Shown one piece after another: positions 1 through 13,329 of a DNA stretch of 64,000 nt. The stretch spans positions 191,396,001 to 191,460,000 of the forward strand of contig NC_058368.1 of the NCBI RefSeq assembly GCF_018350175.1, in the 5' to 3' direction. The stretch comes from Felis catus (taxonomy: Eukaryota). The position numbers were made by a program, and so were the translations under genes. Numbering within the stretch: position 1 is the stretch's first letter; every line of letters starts with the position of its first letter. The notes under the pieces are model-generated. The model searched no databases, had not been told where the DNA came from, and saw nothing but the letters and a program-made list of their open reading frames with translations.

Positions 1-476
1 AGGGAGAAGACAAAACATGGAAATTTAGGCAACTGCTGAGTTGCTGGAAATCGCACAGAAAAGTCTGAGAAACTGGATCAGAAATGGCAGTCCAAGGACT
101 ACTGGCCGGCACTAAGTGGATCTCTCCAATAATTCGCCTCTCTCCCACTACCTTGCTTAAATTAGGAGAAGAAAAAATATATGATGAGGTATGAAGGCAA
201 GTCTGGTGTTCTAGAAGTATGTGGTGCCACGATATCCTGGAAGTATTATATCACTTCACTCACTTTTAAACTCTATTGTGGTGATCTACATTAATTGGAT
301 GTAGGAGACCCATTATTGGTCTTTTCAGGAGACCCATTACTTCTATTTTCTTTTCCTCTTGTTTAAAGGAGAGGGACATTCATATCAGAGTTTTAGTAAC
401 ATGGGGTGATACATTCTCCATTCTTTTGAGGCAGGTAGACTCTGAAAGAAAATCACCTGATTAAAAAATCAGACCA

Positions 477-689
477 GGGACACCTGGGTGGCTCAGTTGG
501 TTGAGGGTCCGACTACGGCTCAGGTCATGATTTCACAGTTCGTGAGTTCGAGCCCCACATCTGGCTCTGTGCTGACAGCTCAGAGCCTGGAGCCTGCTTT
601 GGATTCTGTCTCCTTCTCTCTCTGCCCCTCCCCACTTGTGCCCTGTCTCTCTGTCTCTCAAAAATAAATAAATGTAAAAAAGAAATTTA
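477..689 (+). mobile_element. Can-SINE (felid SINEC_Fc-type)
   Basis: GGGACACCTGGGTGGCTCAG head, GTTCGAGCCC B-box, CT-rich body, A-rich tail; TSD AAAAAATCAGACCA at 463-476 and 690-703. Confidence 0.95.
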
Positions 690-1269
690 AAAAAATCAGA
701 CCATTTGTAATATTTGGCCATTTAGCAAATGTCCCAGGGCATTAGAGATCAGAAAGCACAGTATGAGTTAGAGATCAAGAGAAATGGAGACAGAACATAT
801 AACACAAACATACGTTATTCCTAACGAATTAAATGAAACTATTAATTCCTACTTCAAGGTAATTCTCCTCTGTGACCAGATCCACTGAAATAAGCCCCAG
901 GGCTCTTTGAAAAAGTCTTCTCGTGGTCACATTCGAACAGTCCTAACCCTTTAGAAAGATAGATCCTTCTTTGGGAATAGATGCGGATCACAGCTGACAT
1001 TTGTAGAGGTGCACATTCTTGGCCATCTTTCCACCAGTGCAGGTTCTCTGCTTTAAGAGCAGGGTGAATCCTCTCCTTTGAGACTGGCATCTTGGTCTAG
1101 GAGCCAAGTTCCTAAGGACATTGTGTTTGCTATCTAGAAAAGGTTTCTTTCCAGTTGACTAGGCTACAGGTAACGTTTCCCCTGAAAACTCATTCTTTAA
1201 TTCTCAAAACACGATTCTCAATTTTGCTTAGTAACACTATTCTATGTTCTAGTAATGCCTACTGAGAAT

Positions 1270-1400
1270 AGCTAGCATTAAATTGCTTACTTCCTATGGG
1301 CCAGACCCCATTTTAGGTGTTTTACATGCAAACTTTCCTTTCACTCTTTACAACAGTCCTATGAAGTCGGTATATACTACAGTCAACCTCATTTAACACT
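1270..1400 (-). mobile_element. MIR fragment
   Basis: Degenerate reverse complement of the MIR 3' half; approximate bounds. Confidence 0.55.
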
Positions 1401-1779
1401 GCGGCAACCTAGGCTGACCCTCATGTATGTTCCACCACTTGCTTGGAGGGCGCTAAGGTTGTCCCTCTTGGGTAGTAGTAAGTGAAAAGTTCTCCGTCTG
1501 GCCCTGATCAAATGGAATTAGAGGTGAGAAAGGCAACAAAGGATCACTGGAAATTTAAGAGTGGTGCATATCCGTGGGTTGAAAGATGAGGTTAGGGCCA
1601 AATGTCAAATTCAAATACAAGCCACCTTTTATGTAAATGACTGATTTTGCTTTCATTATATCACCCTTGGGCATACTCAGTATAAATGTACTTTTTAAGA
1701 GGACAAGGAGAAATATGGGAGATAAAGTCATAGTTCAGGAAAAAGCAAAGGGAAGGAATTCAAGAAACAAGCCAGCCAA

Positions 1780-1955
1780 GTAACTTGAGCAAGTTACTTC
1801 ACTTCCATGCTTACTCTTCATTGGGTGTAGAATTCACATATTACTCCTTGCCTTTTCCATTCCTGGGGGCATCTGCAAGATTCATAGGAGATAATAATCC
1901 TGAAAGAATTTTGAAAAAGCCTGACTGACTTGTAACTGCAAGCCATAATTATTAC
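1780..1955 (+). mobile_element. MIR fragment
   Basis: ACTTGAGCAAGTTACTTCACTT core resembles MIR; approximate bounds. Confidence 0.5.
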
Positions 1956-4900
1956 CATCCCTCTAATTCAGTTCAACTTCATTTACCTGAAATTCTAGGA
2001 TAGTAAACTTCAAAAATAATCGCAGCAAACTTCCTACGCTTTCCTCAAACACAACGTATCCTTTGTACTTTAGCTATAATACTACAGTCAGCCCAGAAAC
2101 AACTTCAAAGAAACAAAAAATGAGATTGTTAAAATGAAGATCAATACCGACCCGACGTTCATACACAAACCAAGTTCAATTTGGGACAACTCCCACCCCC
2201 CCACCTGTCAAAACCATGATCATCACCAGCCATGGTGACGAGGATGCTGGACCAATCTCTGGGAGAAACTCAAGATCAGAGACTTCACATCAAACTGCCC
2301 TAAAAATCATAACTTACGATTTTTAGGAACTTTAAAACAGACACTAAACCAATCCACTAAATTATACACAGAATAAAGCCAAGGGTTATTTCTGAAAGAA
2401 ATTATTACATCCAATTTTTGTTTTATCCTTTCTTATAAATCATAAGATTTTATACTTTCCCCCAAAACTCCCCCTAATGAAAAACCTCCTTTAATAGGGC
2501 TTGTGAGAAGTAACAGGTTTCTACTGGGAAACATCAACAAGACTTCCTTATTTTCCTTGCTGGCATGGTTAGGTCTGTGTGTACATCTTAGTATGTTTCA
2601 GGCTTGCTAAGAACTCAGTTTCTGCAATGAGCATATGGCCTTTGGTGGGGGGGGGGGGGTTGTAAAAAGAGCTGCTTAACTGAAGACAATTAATCCTGTC
2701 AAGTATTTTTCTTTTACATATGTATAAAGATAACAACCACTTAAGCACCAAAGGGAACTGCCACCTTTTTGCTTTTTATCCTATTACCTTCTTTCTCATC
2801 TACATGTCATTTCTGGGCAGTCAAGGTGTGATTCAAATTTCATTTTTATCAGGAAATCTTCCTGAGACTATTTTTAGAAGTGCCACCCAACATGATCTCA
2901 CACATATTAAATGTACCCATACACCGCTTTAAATATATATGTTTGCTAGAAAGTTTTTGAAGTGTTTAAATAATTTAGCTTCTGAACTTCGTTCGTTATG
3001 AGTAACTCATTTGATGTGCTTAAGGATCTGATTCAGGCTCAGGGATTAGTAAGAAGTGAAAAAAAAAAAAAAACAAAAAACCAACCTACAAATTGTTTTC
3101 AAATGTAACCCAATTTTTAAGAGCTTAAAATTGAAATTGATACAATGTTTCATACTTAGTTAAATATTGATGAATTTTGATTTTGCATCTTCCATTCCAT
3201 AGCCATTGATCTAATTTTTTTTCTTTCAGGCCCTGGGTCTATTACTCTGATCCTTCAGGGTCTTGTATATCATAAATCTGTCTTGTATTGCCAAATAGAT
3301 AAGCAGGGATTATGTTAAATCATACATTCTCAATATGGAAATAATTCTCCTATGGGGATGAAAACTGGTTCTTGGAAAATGAAAATCTAATTATGAGTGA
3401 AGCACAGATATATATCCACACAGTACATAAGCAGAGATACAGTATATCTGTGGTATGCATTTTCAGGGGGTAGAAGGGCAATTACAATAAAAGTCTGAAA
3501 AGGTTCTTTAGAAGGGGTGCTAATGGCATAAAGACATTGCTTTGGATTGTTTTCATATGCTTTATATGTATTCATTTGGTTTTCCTAACAAAGTTGAAGC
3601 TATATAAGAACAAGGATTACATCTTCTACTTCCGAATGTTTACACCACCTGCTCAAAGTTCCTAACAATTTTTGGTTTTCACCCTCCTGGGAAAACACTG
3701 TGGTCTAATTTTATGCAACTCTAAATTATGCAAATTTGAAAACATGTCATAATAAACACCCAGGGTTCAAAATGTGAAATAATGCAAATTTCTTCAAATT
3801 AAAAATTTGCCAAGAATTGCCTGATTTCAAATCTGGCAAGGCAAGTGCATTGTTAATTGTGTTTACTGCCAGGTGGTAGCATTGTGGGCATAGAAATTCT
3901 CTCCATCTTTTGTAGGGAACAAATTATGTGAAGTCTGTAGGAACACTTCTCTCCAATAAAATGAATTTGTATGCTAGAATCTGTTGGAGCATACTTGCAG
4001 GAACTTAATATATAACAATTATATGTGTACATTTAATTACATACATAATATACAACAATATACTGATATGTACATAGTAAGTTTGGAGATGTTTGAAAAA
4101 AATCTGTTTGACTGTTATACATAAAGTCAACCAGCAGGGCATATTTTGGTCATAAAATTATCATATTCATTCCTCTATATTGCCTGTGATCAACGGAATG
4201 GGTATCACTGTGGCTTGGTTTTCTGTCATTTGCAATACTGATCTGAATAGACTTTATGATACATCTAGCACTGGCAACAATGAGTGAAAGAGCCAAGAGG
4301 CCTACCTTAAAGTCATCTAGAACACTGGGCTCTCAGCGCCTGGTCTAGCGGGTGGCACAGAGAAGTGAAAATGAGTTATTTGTTAAATGGACGTAAGATA
4401 AGTTCTTGGTCATGCTCAAAGACAACCAAATACCCATTGTGATGACAGTATACATCCCCCTTCATTACAGACATACATTTACAACGTCATCAAAATTTGA
4501 TGGCAAACCTGTGAAGGGCTGGCAGTACACCATGAAAACCATAATCGTAAAATAAGGCACAACAATGAGAAGGTAATGAGAAGATACGAGTTCAGGGTTT
4601 TCCTCCATTTACTTACATTGACACTTTGGGGAAGTTGCTTGCGTCCCTGTACCTTGACTTCCCCATTCATACACTGAAGGCCCTGGACAAGTGATACCAA
4701 AAGGCCAGCATTTTAACTGTAAAACTGTGTGAGTTTTATGCTCAATAAAAGTTCACCAGCAATTTCTCATGGCCCATGCTGGGTTTGAATTTATAGCTTA
4801 TATTCCTGTGCCCAAAAAGTTCAGCATCAAGGAAACTCTTTCAACAGTCTTAATATCTCTGCTTTTGAATGTTGCATGGTGAGCACAGACTGTGCAAGAA

Positions 4901-7900
4901 TCTTCCACTCATCAGGGTGGGCCTACTAACCTCAACCACATTTCCACAATATTATGGCCTTCGGCCCATTTTTTAAAAAAACAAAAGGAACCCTACTTCA
5001 AATGTAACTCAGTATAACAAGTCCAAGTTTTGCCTAAAGAAAGGAATGATAATTTCCTGATTCTCCAGGTGCTTAGAATTACTGAAGAAAAAAAAGTAGG
5101 CATATATAACAAATAACAACAAGAAATAATATGTATTCAACTTTTTTACTGAATGTGCTCAACAGCAAAAATATAATGTGCCGATAACTAGAGCTAAGAG
5201 TGGTCAAAATGGGAGGAGATTGGTCAATGTTCATGGAATTCCCAAGAGGTTCAGTGAAGGAGGCAGTGCTTTGGAAGCATAGCATCCTGGACTGCAAGGG
5301 GCCTGAGACGTAACTTAACCATTCTTCGTAGAGCATTTCATCTCCCTATACCATCGAACTGTGTTACCATTTAGCAGCATTATCCAGATAAATGTTGCTA
5401 CAGACGGAGAAGCCAACAGTTCATTACATTAGACAGTCCATTTCTGTCTCACTCACCCCTTCTTATTACACAGTTTGCCTTGGGGTGACCTAAAGCTGAC
5501 TTTTCTTTTGCTCTTCTTTCCATAGTCCATTTTCTGGAGTCCCACAGATCAAGTAGATTCCTCTTCCAATTGAAATCTTTTAAGTCATTTACAGGCAGGG
5601 CTCAGCTCACCCTCTGTCTTCACCTGGGCAATTATTCCCAGTTCCTTCTACCATTTCCCTCACGTGACTTTGTTTAGTCTGTACCCATCCCAGCCCCACT
5701 CCCCATCCCTATCCCTGTTCAAAAGGCAGCCCTCTTTCCTAAGCCTCTTTGATATGATTAACCTAAACTTGAATAACTCATGAGCAGGAAAGACCATCAG
5801 GAATCTTGTTAAAAAGAGAAGTTTGAAAAGGTATTTACCATGTCACCACTGCAGAAAATATCACAATACAATAGCGTGAAGAAATTCATGACTAAGAGTA
5901 TAGATTCAGACATATAAGAATCCTTAAAAGGAAAAATCTTAGAAATTATTTTTCTAAAAGTAAGTGTCAAGAACAAATGGAGAGTGGAAGGAATAAAATT
6001 AGGAAGCAAGGAATTTGGGAAGAAATACGTAAGGAACTGAGGACGTTAGCAATAAAGATGTTAGGAAGGGAAATGGGATGGAAAGAATCTAGGGAAGAAG
6101 GACACTATTAGAAAGAAAGAAAGACTGTGGGAAACAGCAAGGAGGGAGGGAGGAACGCACGCCAGTCAAGACAAAGCTAAATTGGCTGTCACACAGTCTC
6201 CCAAAGAAAATTAGTGTGAAGGGAAAAATACTTCCAGTACAACAACCTCACTTCCAAGTTGTGTTTAAAATATAGCCACGGAAGCCACGTGAATTGGAAC
6301 AAAATGACTTACTGTGTGGTTCCTGTGCACAGAGCAGGTTGTACTGCTTCATCCTGGTACTATTTGAAGAAACTTGTTCTGAACACCATTTGGACAGAAC
6401 CCAAGGTGTTCATGCCCCAACAAGAAGCACAAATCGTTAAAAGAAAAATCTTGAAGGCAGTTGCCATGTTGGTGTGTAATTTCTCAATGGTGCTGCCTGC
6501 ACGAGAAATACTTAAAAGGTGGGCAAAAAGCTAACAAAGCACAGTGATAAACACAAGTGGTACTCTTCCCACCTCTTCCCTTCCTCAAGTATCCCAAGTG
6601 TCCTGAATCCCTCTCCAACTCCCTCTGTGGAGATGGCATGCATGAGCACACCTGGGGATTCACCCGGGTGTGGTGTCTTTTCAGCCCTCCAATATCCAAG
6701 AGCTCTCCTATCACATACTATTTGTGAAATTCCAGAGACAAAGAAGGTATCAGTTCCATCAAAGGTGAGAATGAGTAAGTGAAGCCACTATACACACTTT
6801 CCATCTAAGTCCAACTCATGGGCAGGAAAGACACTTGGAAAAAAGGAAGTTTTTATGCACAAAGTCCTTGGGCCAGAGATTGAGGAGGAAGTGTGGTGAA
6901 GTCTGTCTAGCTCCCCAAACTGGGGTTACCCCTTTAGGGAGAAGGCTGTGGGCAGCAGCAAAAGAGGTTGTTCTCACATGAGTCTCTGAGAGATACAGAA
7001 CACACAACAGAGCAGGTGTAGCCCCCAAGTGACAGAAGTGGACAGAAGTGACACTGATTGGAGGAGAGGGCCATTCTATTTTTTCATGCCATACAGCTCT
7101 GATCTAATCCCCTGACAAGATACTTCCAGAATTTCAGGACACATCACTTTATAACATTTCATGTTCCCATGGTGGATGCTAGCAGGAGGACAGAGGCAAC
7201 AACAAGTGAATTCACAAGCAGAGGACACTAATACCAGAATAGGAGAAAAAGAAGAAAAACAAGGCGGCTACCACATCATGAATGTAGCTGGCTAAGAAGC
7301 CACTGAAGCACTTTTAGAACTCTCAGGAAAAGACTTTCCAGTGGACAGTACAGTTATGAGCAGGAATCATAAAGCATGAAATACAAATCCCATTGTGAAC
7401 TTATTTGTACCCAGAGGCTATTAAAGTCAAGAAGATGTTTAGATTTCATTCCATTTTTCTTTGCTTATGATTTGGTAATCTTAGGTAGGCCCTGCTAAAG
7501 AATTCCTCTGGGAGAAGAGACGTGATATTCTCATATAAATAAGATTATCTTCAATAAATTAAAAAAAATTAAATCTAGAAATGAAGCAGTTGGAAAAGAT
7601 TTGGAAATTCACATGCAATAAACAACATTTAAAGATGGCAGTTAAAATTCAAGAACCTGGATATTCTGAGGCCCTATAAATCTCCGATTTTATAGACTGA
7701 GATGGGCCATGGCCCTTCTGAAAACAGCGACATCATGTTCGTGATCATACAGGTAATTACAAATAATGCATCCCTCTCCAGCCGGCATTCATCCTAACAT
7801 ACCTTGGAGAAGACAGCCAGCGAAGCCTGCTCTGTGATGCAACAGGCATCTAAATGCCAAATTAGACCCTGAAATCATCCTCCCACAATTTCCATGCAGA

Positions 7901-8517
7901 AGATGTACAGCTCTCTCTTCTGAGCAACAAAGCCCAAATATTTATGTAGCAGGTCATAAAGCAATTGAAGGAATGAACAGAAAGCAAATATACCATTAGG
8001 TTGCAGGGTATCTTCCATTTTGACAACATACTCCCCTAAAATTGGGAAAACTCTATGTACATGATTCATTTTCTCTTCTCTGACTATTACCAAGTGACAG
8101 ATTAGTTACCATTTATTCCTCTTTTCCTCGAGGAGAAAAAATAATTCTCTCAGAGGCCAGAGTATAGCCAACCTTTCCGTCGCTTCTTTTGCACAGACTC
8201 ACGTAAATTTGTCATCCTAGTGTTGTGCTTCTTCAGGGCCCTCTGTGGATATTTTTCACTATGAGAATTGACATGATATGTAATCACCAAGCTACTATCT
8301 TGGCTAAAACTCTCTGTGCTGGGGGATCTAATGACCTTCTTGGGACCAAAGCCCAAGACTGGCTTTCTTCCCTAATTTCACTTGTCTGTCATCTAACTTC
8401 TCACTGCTGGATTTCTTACACTGCTTCTTTTACTGAAATCTGTCACTAGAATCCTGCAACCCTATTACCAAAAAATGAGAAAGGAAGATTTAAGTCTCTT
8501 GCATTTTTCTCTTCATC

Positions 8518-8708
8518 ACTGGTTTTTAAACTTCCTTACTGAGTGGAAGAAACTTCATGCTCGTTAATGACATACTGGGCAGAACCCCAGTCTACAAAAT
8601 AGTAAAAGGTGGTGATAACGGGTCTAGACCACCATCCACAAGATATTTCTCCTCCTCACCCAACTATCACCTTCTGTATCTTCCAGAGTACAAAATTTGA
8701 AAACCATT
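8518..8708. mobile_element. Possible hAT-Charlie MITE (MER5-like)
   Basis: Degenerate terminal inverted repeats CACTGGTTTTTAAACT ... AATTTGAAAACCATT about 190 bp apart. Confidence 0.4.
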
Positions 8709-10492
8709 AACTCACAACATTACACAACTTTCCATTTTAAAGAATATTTAAATTGAAAATGGTTGAATATATTCCATTTGGGGGAAAAATGAGTTACACC
8801 TGATATCACCAATGGGCTTTAAATATGGCTGTTGATTACCTTTTGTTCTTAGACTATTAAAACATATTGTGATTTAATCCCAACAATATTCATCTCTAGG
8901 AGTAAACTGTAAATTGTGAGATTTTTATCCAAAATACCCTGGGGGAAAAAATCCTAAAATTTGGAAAAATGTTGCCTTCATTTGCTAAACTGTTGAAAAA
9001 AATGGAATGCACTCAATACTGCTAAGAATTTTATTATTTTTGCCTGCGGTCCACTACAAAAGATTTAAGACAAAGTTCAAGTGCCTCTCACTTTGTTAAG
9101 GGCCTGGGGAAACCTGGAGGAAGTACGCAGTGATTCTTGGAAGCTGAAGAGCTGATCTCTAAAAAGACATACTCTGATGCCCTTGGAAGCAACTGCTATT
9201 ATTTATTCATCCCAGTCAAAAAGACTTTATAATCTCTGCTTTAGTTCTTATAATCTTATTTTTCAAATGCATGCCATCCTAGAAGGGGCATTCTGGTGAT
9301 CTGCAGACAGATTCTTAACTACCAGATAAAGCTCTTCTTCAATAACATGAGAATGTTCTCCACATAAAGGCATTGTGCAATAGCAGTGAATAAAGGAGAA
9401 AATGACGGTTATTTATAGAGATATTTACAGCCCTGTTCCATCAGGACCCCACTTATCACCAAGTAATAAAGAAGATCCCCCGGAAAATGCACACTTTCTA
9501 TCTTGTGAATATTTACTAAGCAAACCAACTGTTTTTAAGGTTTATTGGAATAAGATAGCTATGGCATAAAAGGCACTTAATGATTCACAGGCTGAAACTA
9601 GACTTCCTTTTAGAGACGAGAGAAGAAAGATACACTTTGTTCCTTAAAAGAGTTCAGCAGGGGACCTGTTTGGAGCATCTGGAGGAGAATTGCACACAAT
9701 TGCAGAAAGATTATCATGCACCTTCTCAGAGCCTACTAGTCACCAGATGATTAGCCTCAAGGTAATCAATGATTTAAAAAATGAAATCATGCTTCCTGTG
9801 TCCTTCATGAATGAAGAAGCCACTAATGATTTATCAGCAGTAGGACATGTGTTCTATTATAACACATTTGGAAAGTAAGTGATCTACCCATTCCTTCCTT
9901 CATTTCACAAGAATTTCTTGATCACCTACTATGATACAAGATAAACTGCATCTTTTGAAGTTTAAAGATGGAAAGCTGCTGCCTGACAAAGGAGACAGAC
10001 ATACCCACAAGGTAATTAATTTGTTGAAGTTGTCACAGTTGGCGGTCGGACTCTCAGCCCAAAGAAGTTTAGAAATGATACTGCCTAATTCCTAGATGTA
10101 TCGGTTCTTGTTGATGCTGACTTAAAGAAGTAAAGCTCACAAGAAATTGATGTATAAACAAGTAAGAAAAATGACTGCAAAGTGGACCAAGGATTTGTAA
10201 AGTGTATCCCAATCAATGTGCTCTTCAGAATTATGTGAAAAAAGGTTCAAAATCTGTCACTTGCTCCCTGACTTTGTGCAAGTTTAGCAAACTGTTAGAT
10301 CCTCAGTGAATCAAAACCTACTCCATAAAATTGTTGCTATTAAGTGAAATAAACTTTAAATGGTGTTTATTACTTATTAACTCAGTAAATATGTACTGAG
10401 CACACACTACGTACCAGATATCATACTAAACAGAGCAGATACGGCAGTGAATGAATCAAATGGGCTTTTGGAGACAAGTGAAGTGAAATAGA

Positions 10493-10703
10493 GGGGCGCC
10501 TGGGTAGCTCAGTTGATTAAGCATCCAAATTTGGCTCAGGTCATGATCTCATGGTGCATGAGTTCGAGCCCCACAAAGGGCTCTGTGCTGACAGCTCGGA
10601 GACTGGAACCCACTTCGGATTCTGTGTCTCCCTCTTTCTCTGCCCCTTCCCTGCTCATGCTTTGTCTCTCTCTCTCTCCCTCCCCAAAATAAATAAACAT
10701 TAA
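10493..10703 (+). mobile_element. Can-SINE (felid SINEC_Fc-type)
   Basis: GGGGCGCCTGGGTAGCTCAG head, full body; tail runs into a TA-rich repeat. Confidence 0.95.
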
Positions 10704-10763
10704 ATATGTATACACATACATATATATACCCACATACATAAGCATATATATATATATATATGC

Positions 10764-10802
<39 letters not shown>

Positions 10803-10931
10803 TTCATATATATTTATATATGCTTCATATACACACACACACGTAAATATATGTATATGTGTATACACATATACACATGAATATGTATATATACACACAT
10901 ATATACACACATACATAAGCATATATATATG

Positions 10932-10977
<46 letters not shown>
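10704..10977. repeat. Compound (TA)n/(CA)n microsatellite
   Basis: Long TA runs interrupted by GCTTC/GTTTC and CA units. Confidence 0.95.
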
Positions 10978-10981
<4 letters not shown>

Positions 10982-11305
10982 AATAAAGAGAAAGTTGTCA
11001 TCCATTAGAAAAAGGGGAATTAGCTGCCTGCTTCACACAGCCAGGTGTGGTCAGAGGGGTTACCTATCAAGTAAGCAGGTTGGGTCCTGTTGAGTTCCCC
11101 TCTGTGATTCATTTTTAAGACTCTTGTTGTACAATGTCCCTTCTGACTGACAGCTGCACTCAACATGCATATCCAAAAAGCTAATACCAGTTAATAATTA
11201 CTAAGCATGTACCATGTGCTGGATAAAATGACTTCACTCTGGCTAGGAATGAGGCCTTCTCCCTAACATAATTTTTCCACCTGTTCTCTTTAATTCTGTT
11301 ATTAT

Positions 11306-11674
11306 TGTGGTATATTTCTTTGTGCACCAGGTAAGGTAAACCAGAATTATGCCACCTAGAACTCTCATTCCCGCATTACGGGCTACATGAGACGTCTCAC
11401 CTGAGAGTTGGAAGCAATGAGAAACCTACCTGGGTCCATCTGCTCTCATGGACTCTGGCCCATCCTGCAGGCTCTAGATTGTCCTCACTTCCCCAATTCG
11501 CATCCATCTTTCCTTGCTGACTCCCACTTAGCCAACTCAGACTCCAATATAAGACACCAAAGCAACAGCTTCCCAGGTAACCAAACCTTAAAACTGTGAA
11601 AGAGGAATCTCTATATAAATCTTATCCACGTTGGCTAGGGTTTCTGCTTCTCTGATTGAATTCTGATTGACATA
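11306..11674 (+). mobile_element. Solo LTR, ERVL class (LTR16-like)
   Basis: Starts TGTGG and ends CTGCTTCTCTGATTGAATTCTGATTGACATA, similar to recalled LTR16/MLT2-type 3' termini. Confidence 0.6.
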
Positions 11675-11780
11675 GTGTTCATTTCAAAACCTTCCTCTAA
11701 GGGTAGTTGCCATCTTTTCAAAGTTCCTGCAAAGATGGATGAAGGGTAAAACCATTGTGATGAATCCCATTCCTTTATTG

Positions 11781-12250
11781 GTTTTTAGAATATTTTTATT
11801 AAGACATAACTCACATACCATGGAAGTTCCCTTTTAAACTGCACAACACCATGGGTTTTCATACATTTACGAAGTTGTGAAACTATCAAGATATCTAACT
11901 CTAGGATATTTCCATCACTGCCCCCAAAAAACCCTGTATCTACTGGTAGTCACTCCTCATTTCTCCATCCCTTCAACTCATGGCTACCATCAACCTGCTT
12001 TCTGTCTCTATATATTTGCCTCTCTTGGATATTTCATGTACATGAAATAATACAATTTATAGACTTTGTGTCTGGCTTCTTTCCTTCAGCATGTTTTCAA
12101 AGCTCATCCATGTTATAGTATATATCAGTATTTCATTTCTTTTTTACATCCCCACCAAGAGTGCTCAAGGTTCTAGTATCTTCACATATTCACCAACACT
12201 TGCTATCACCTGTCTTTTTGAAGATAGCCATCCTAGGGGGCGTGAAGGTC
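11781..12250 (-). mobile_element. Old L1 (L1MB-class) 3' end fragment
   Basis: Reverse-strand L1 3' UTR motifs (TTTTATTAAGACATAACTCACATACC; CTTCTTTCCTTCAGCATGTTTTCAAAGCTCATCCATG). Confidence 0.8.
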
Positions 12251-12429
12251 ATATGACCATGTTTATCCCTATACACATATTCTAGGTGGTCAGAGTAAAG
12301 ACTATCATCTCTATCGTCTTGGGCAAATTGTTGTTGTTGTTGTTTTTCTCTTTTTCACCTTGAAACTCACAAGGGAATAATGATGAGGGTGATGATCAGC
12401 GGTATATTTTGAATCAGCACAATGCTATA

Positions 12430-12660
12430 TTATGAAGAAATTATTTCATTATAACACCATTTTCTCCACAACCCTTTGAGAAGACAGCGTAAGTGCCGTT
12501 ATTTTTCCATTATCTCCAATGTATGACACAGTACCAGGGACAGAGTCAGATCTTTGTTGAGTGGCTAAAACTCATTCCTTTTATAGATGAGGAAACTGAA
12601 AACTCAGAGAAAGAAACTGTCATACTCAAGGTTGTCAAATCAGTAGGTGGCAGAGATCCC
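12430..12660 (-). mobile_element. MIR fragment, possibly interrupted by an L2 3' tip
   Basis: TTTTATAGATGAGGAAACTGAA MIR core in reverse. Confidence 0.6.
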
Positions 12661-13098
12661 TAACTGCTGTTTTTGCCCAAGAAGATTAAACATTGTATAG
12701 TTACAATTAAAACGGTTAGTGGTATTTAACACATAAGTGAAGCATATTAGGTCAAAATAAAAGAGGCTACATTCCATGCTACTTCTTTGATAATATGGTT
12801 TAGTTTAAAAAACCCCTAAAATTATAAAAATCACAAATCAAAAAGCAAGTCCACAGTAAACAGCTTGCTTGCTCTCTCTTTCTCCCCTTCTCTCTCATCT
12901 TAGTAGGTCACAGTACAACCATTTACATTAAAAAAAATGTCTAAAAAACTCTTTCACTTACATTCTACATAAGCATTTAAGGTTATGGAGGTATTACTCT
13001 GTTTAAAAGATATTCCACAATACATATAAAACATATGAATAAACGAAAAATATAGGTAAATAAGTGTGTTTTTTTAATCATTAAAAACAAGGGTATAG

Positions 13099-13254
13099 GG
13101 GGCACCTGGGTGGCTCAGTCAGTTAAATGTCTGACTTTGGCTCAGGTCATGATCTCGGGGTTTGTGAGTTCGAGCCCCACGTCGGGCTCTATGCTGACAG
13201 CTCAGAGCCTGGAGCTTGCTTCAGATTCTGTGCCTTCTTCTCTCTGCGCCTCCC

Positions 13255-13291
<37 letters not shown>

Positions 13292-13319
13292 ACTAAATAA
13301 ACGTTAAAAAAAAAATTTT
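13099..13319 (+). mobile_element. Can-SINE (felid SINEC_Fc-type)
   Basis: Full body with (CT)n; TSD AAGGGTATAG at 13089-13098 and 13320-13329. Confidence 0.95.
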
Positions 13320-13329
13320 AAGGGTATAG

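Noticed and set aside
304..337. 13-bp direct repeat AGGAGACCCATTA
   Set aside because: Two units only; ordinary micro-duplication
477..560. tRNA genes suggested by A/B-box motifs
   Set aside because: They are the tRNA-derived heads of Can-SINEs, continuing into SINE body and tail
10536..10937. 133-aa Tyr/Ile-rich ORF
   Set aside because: Translation of the TA microsatellite plus a SINE
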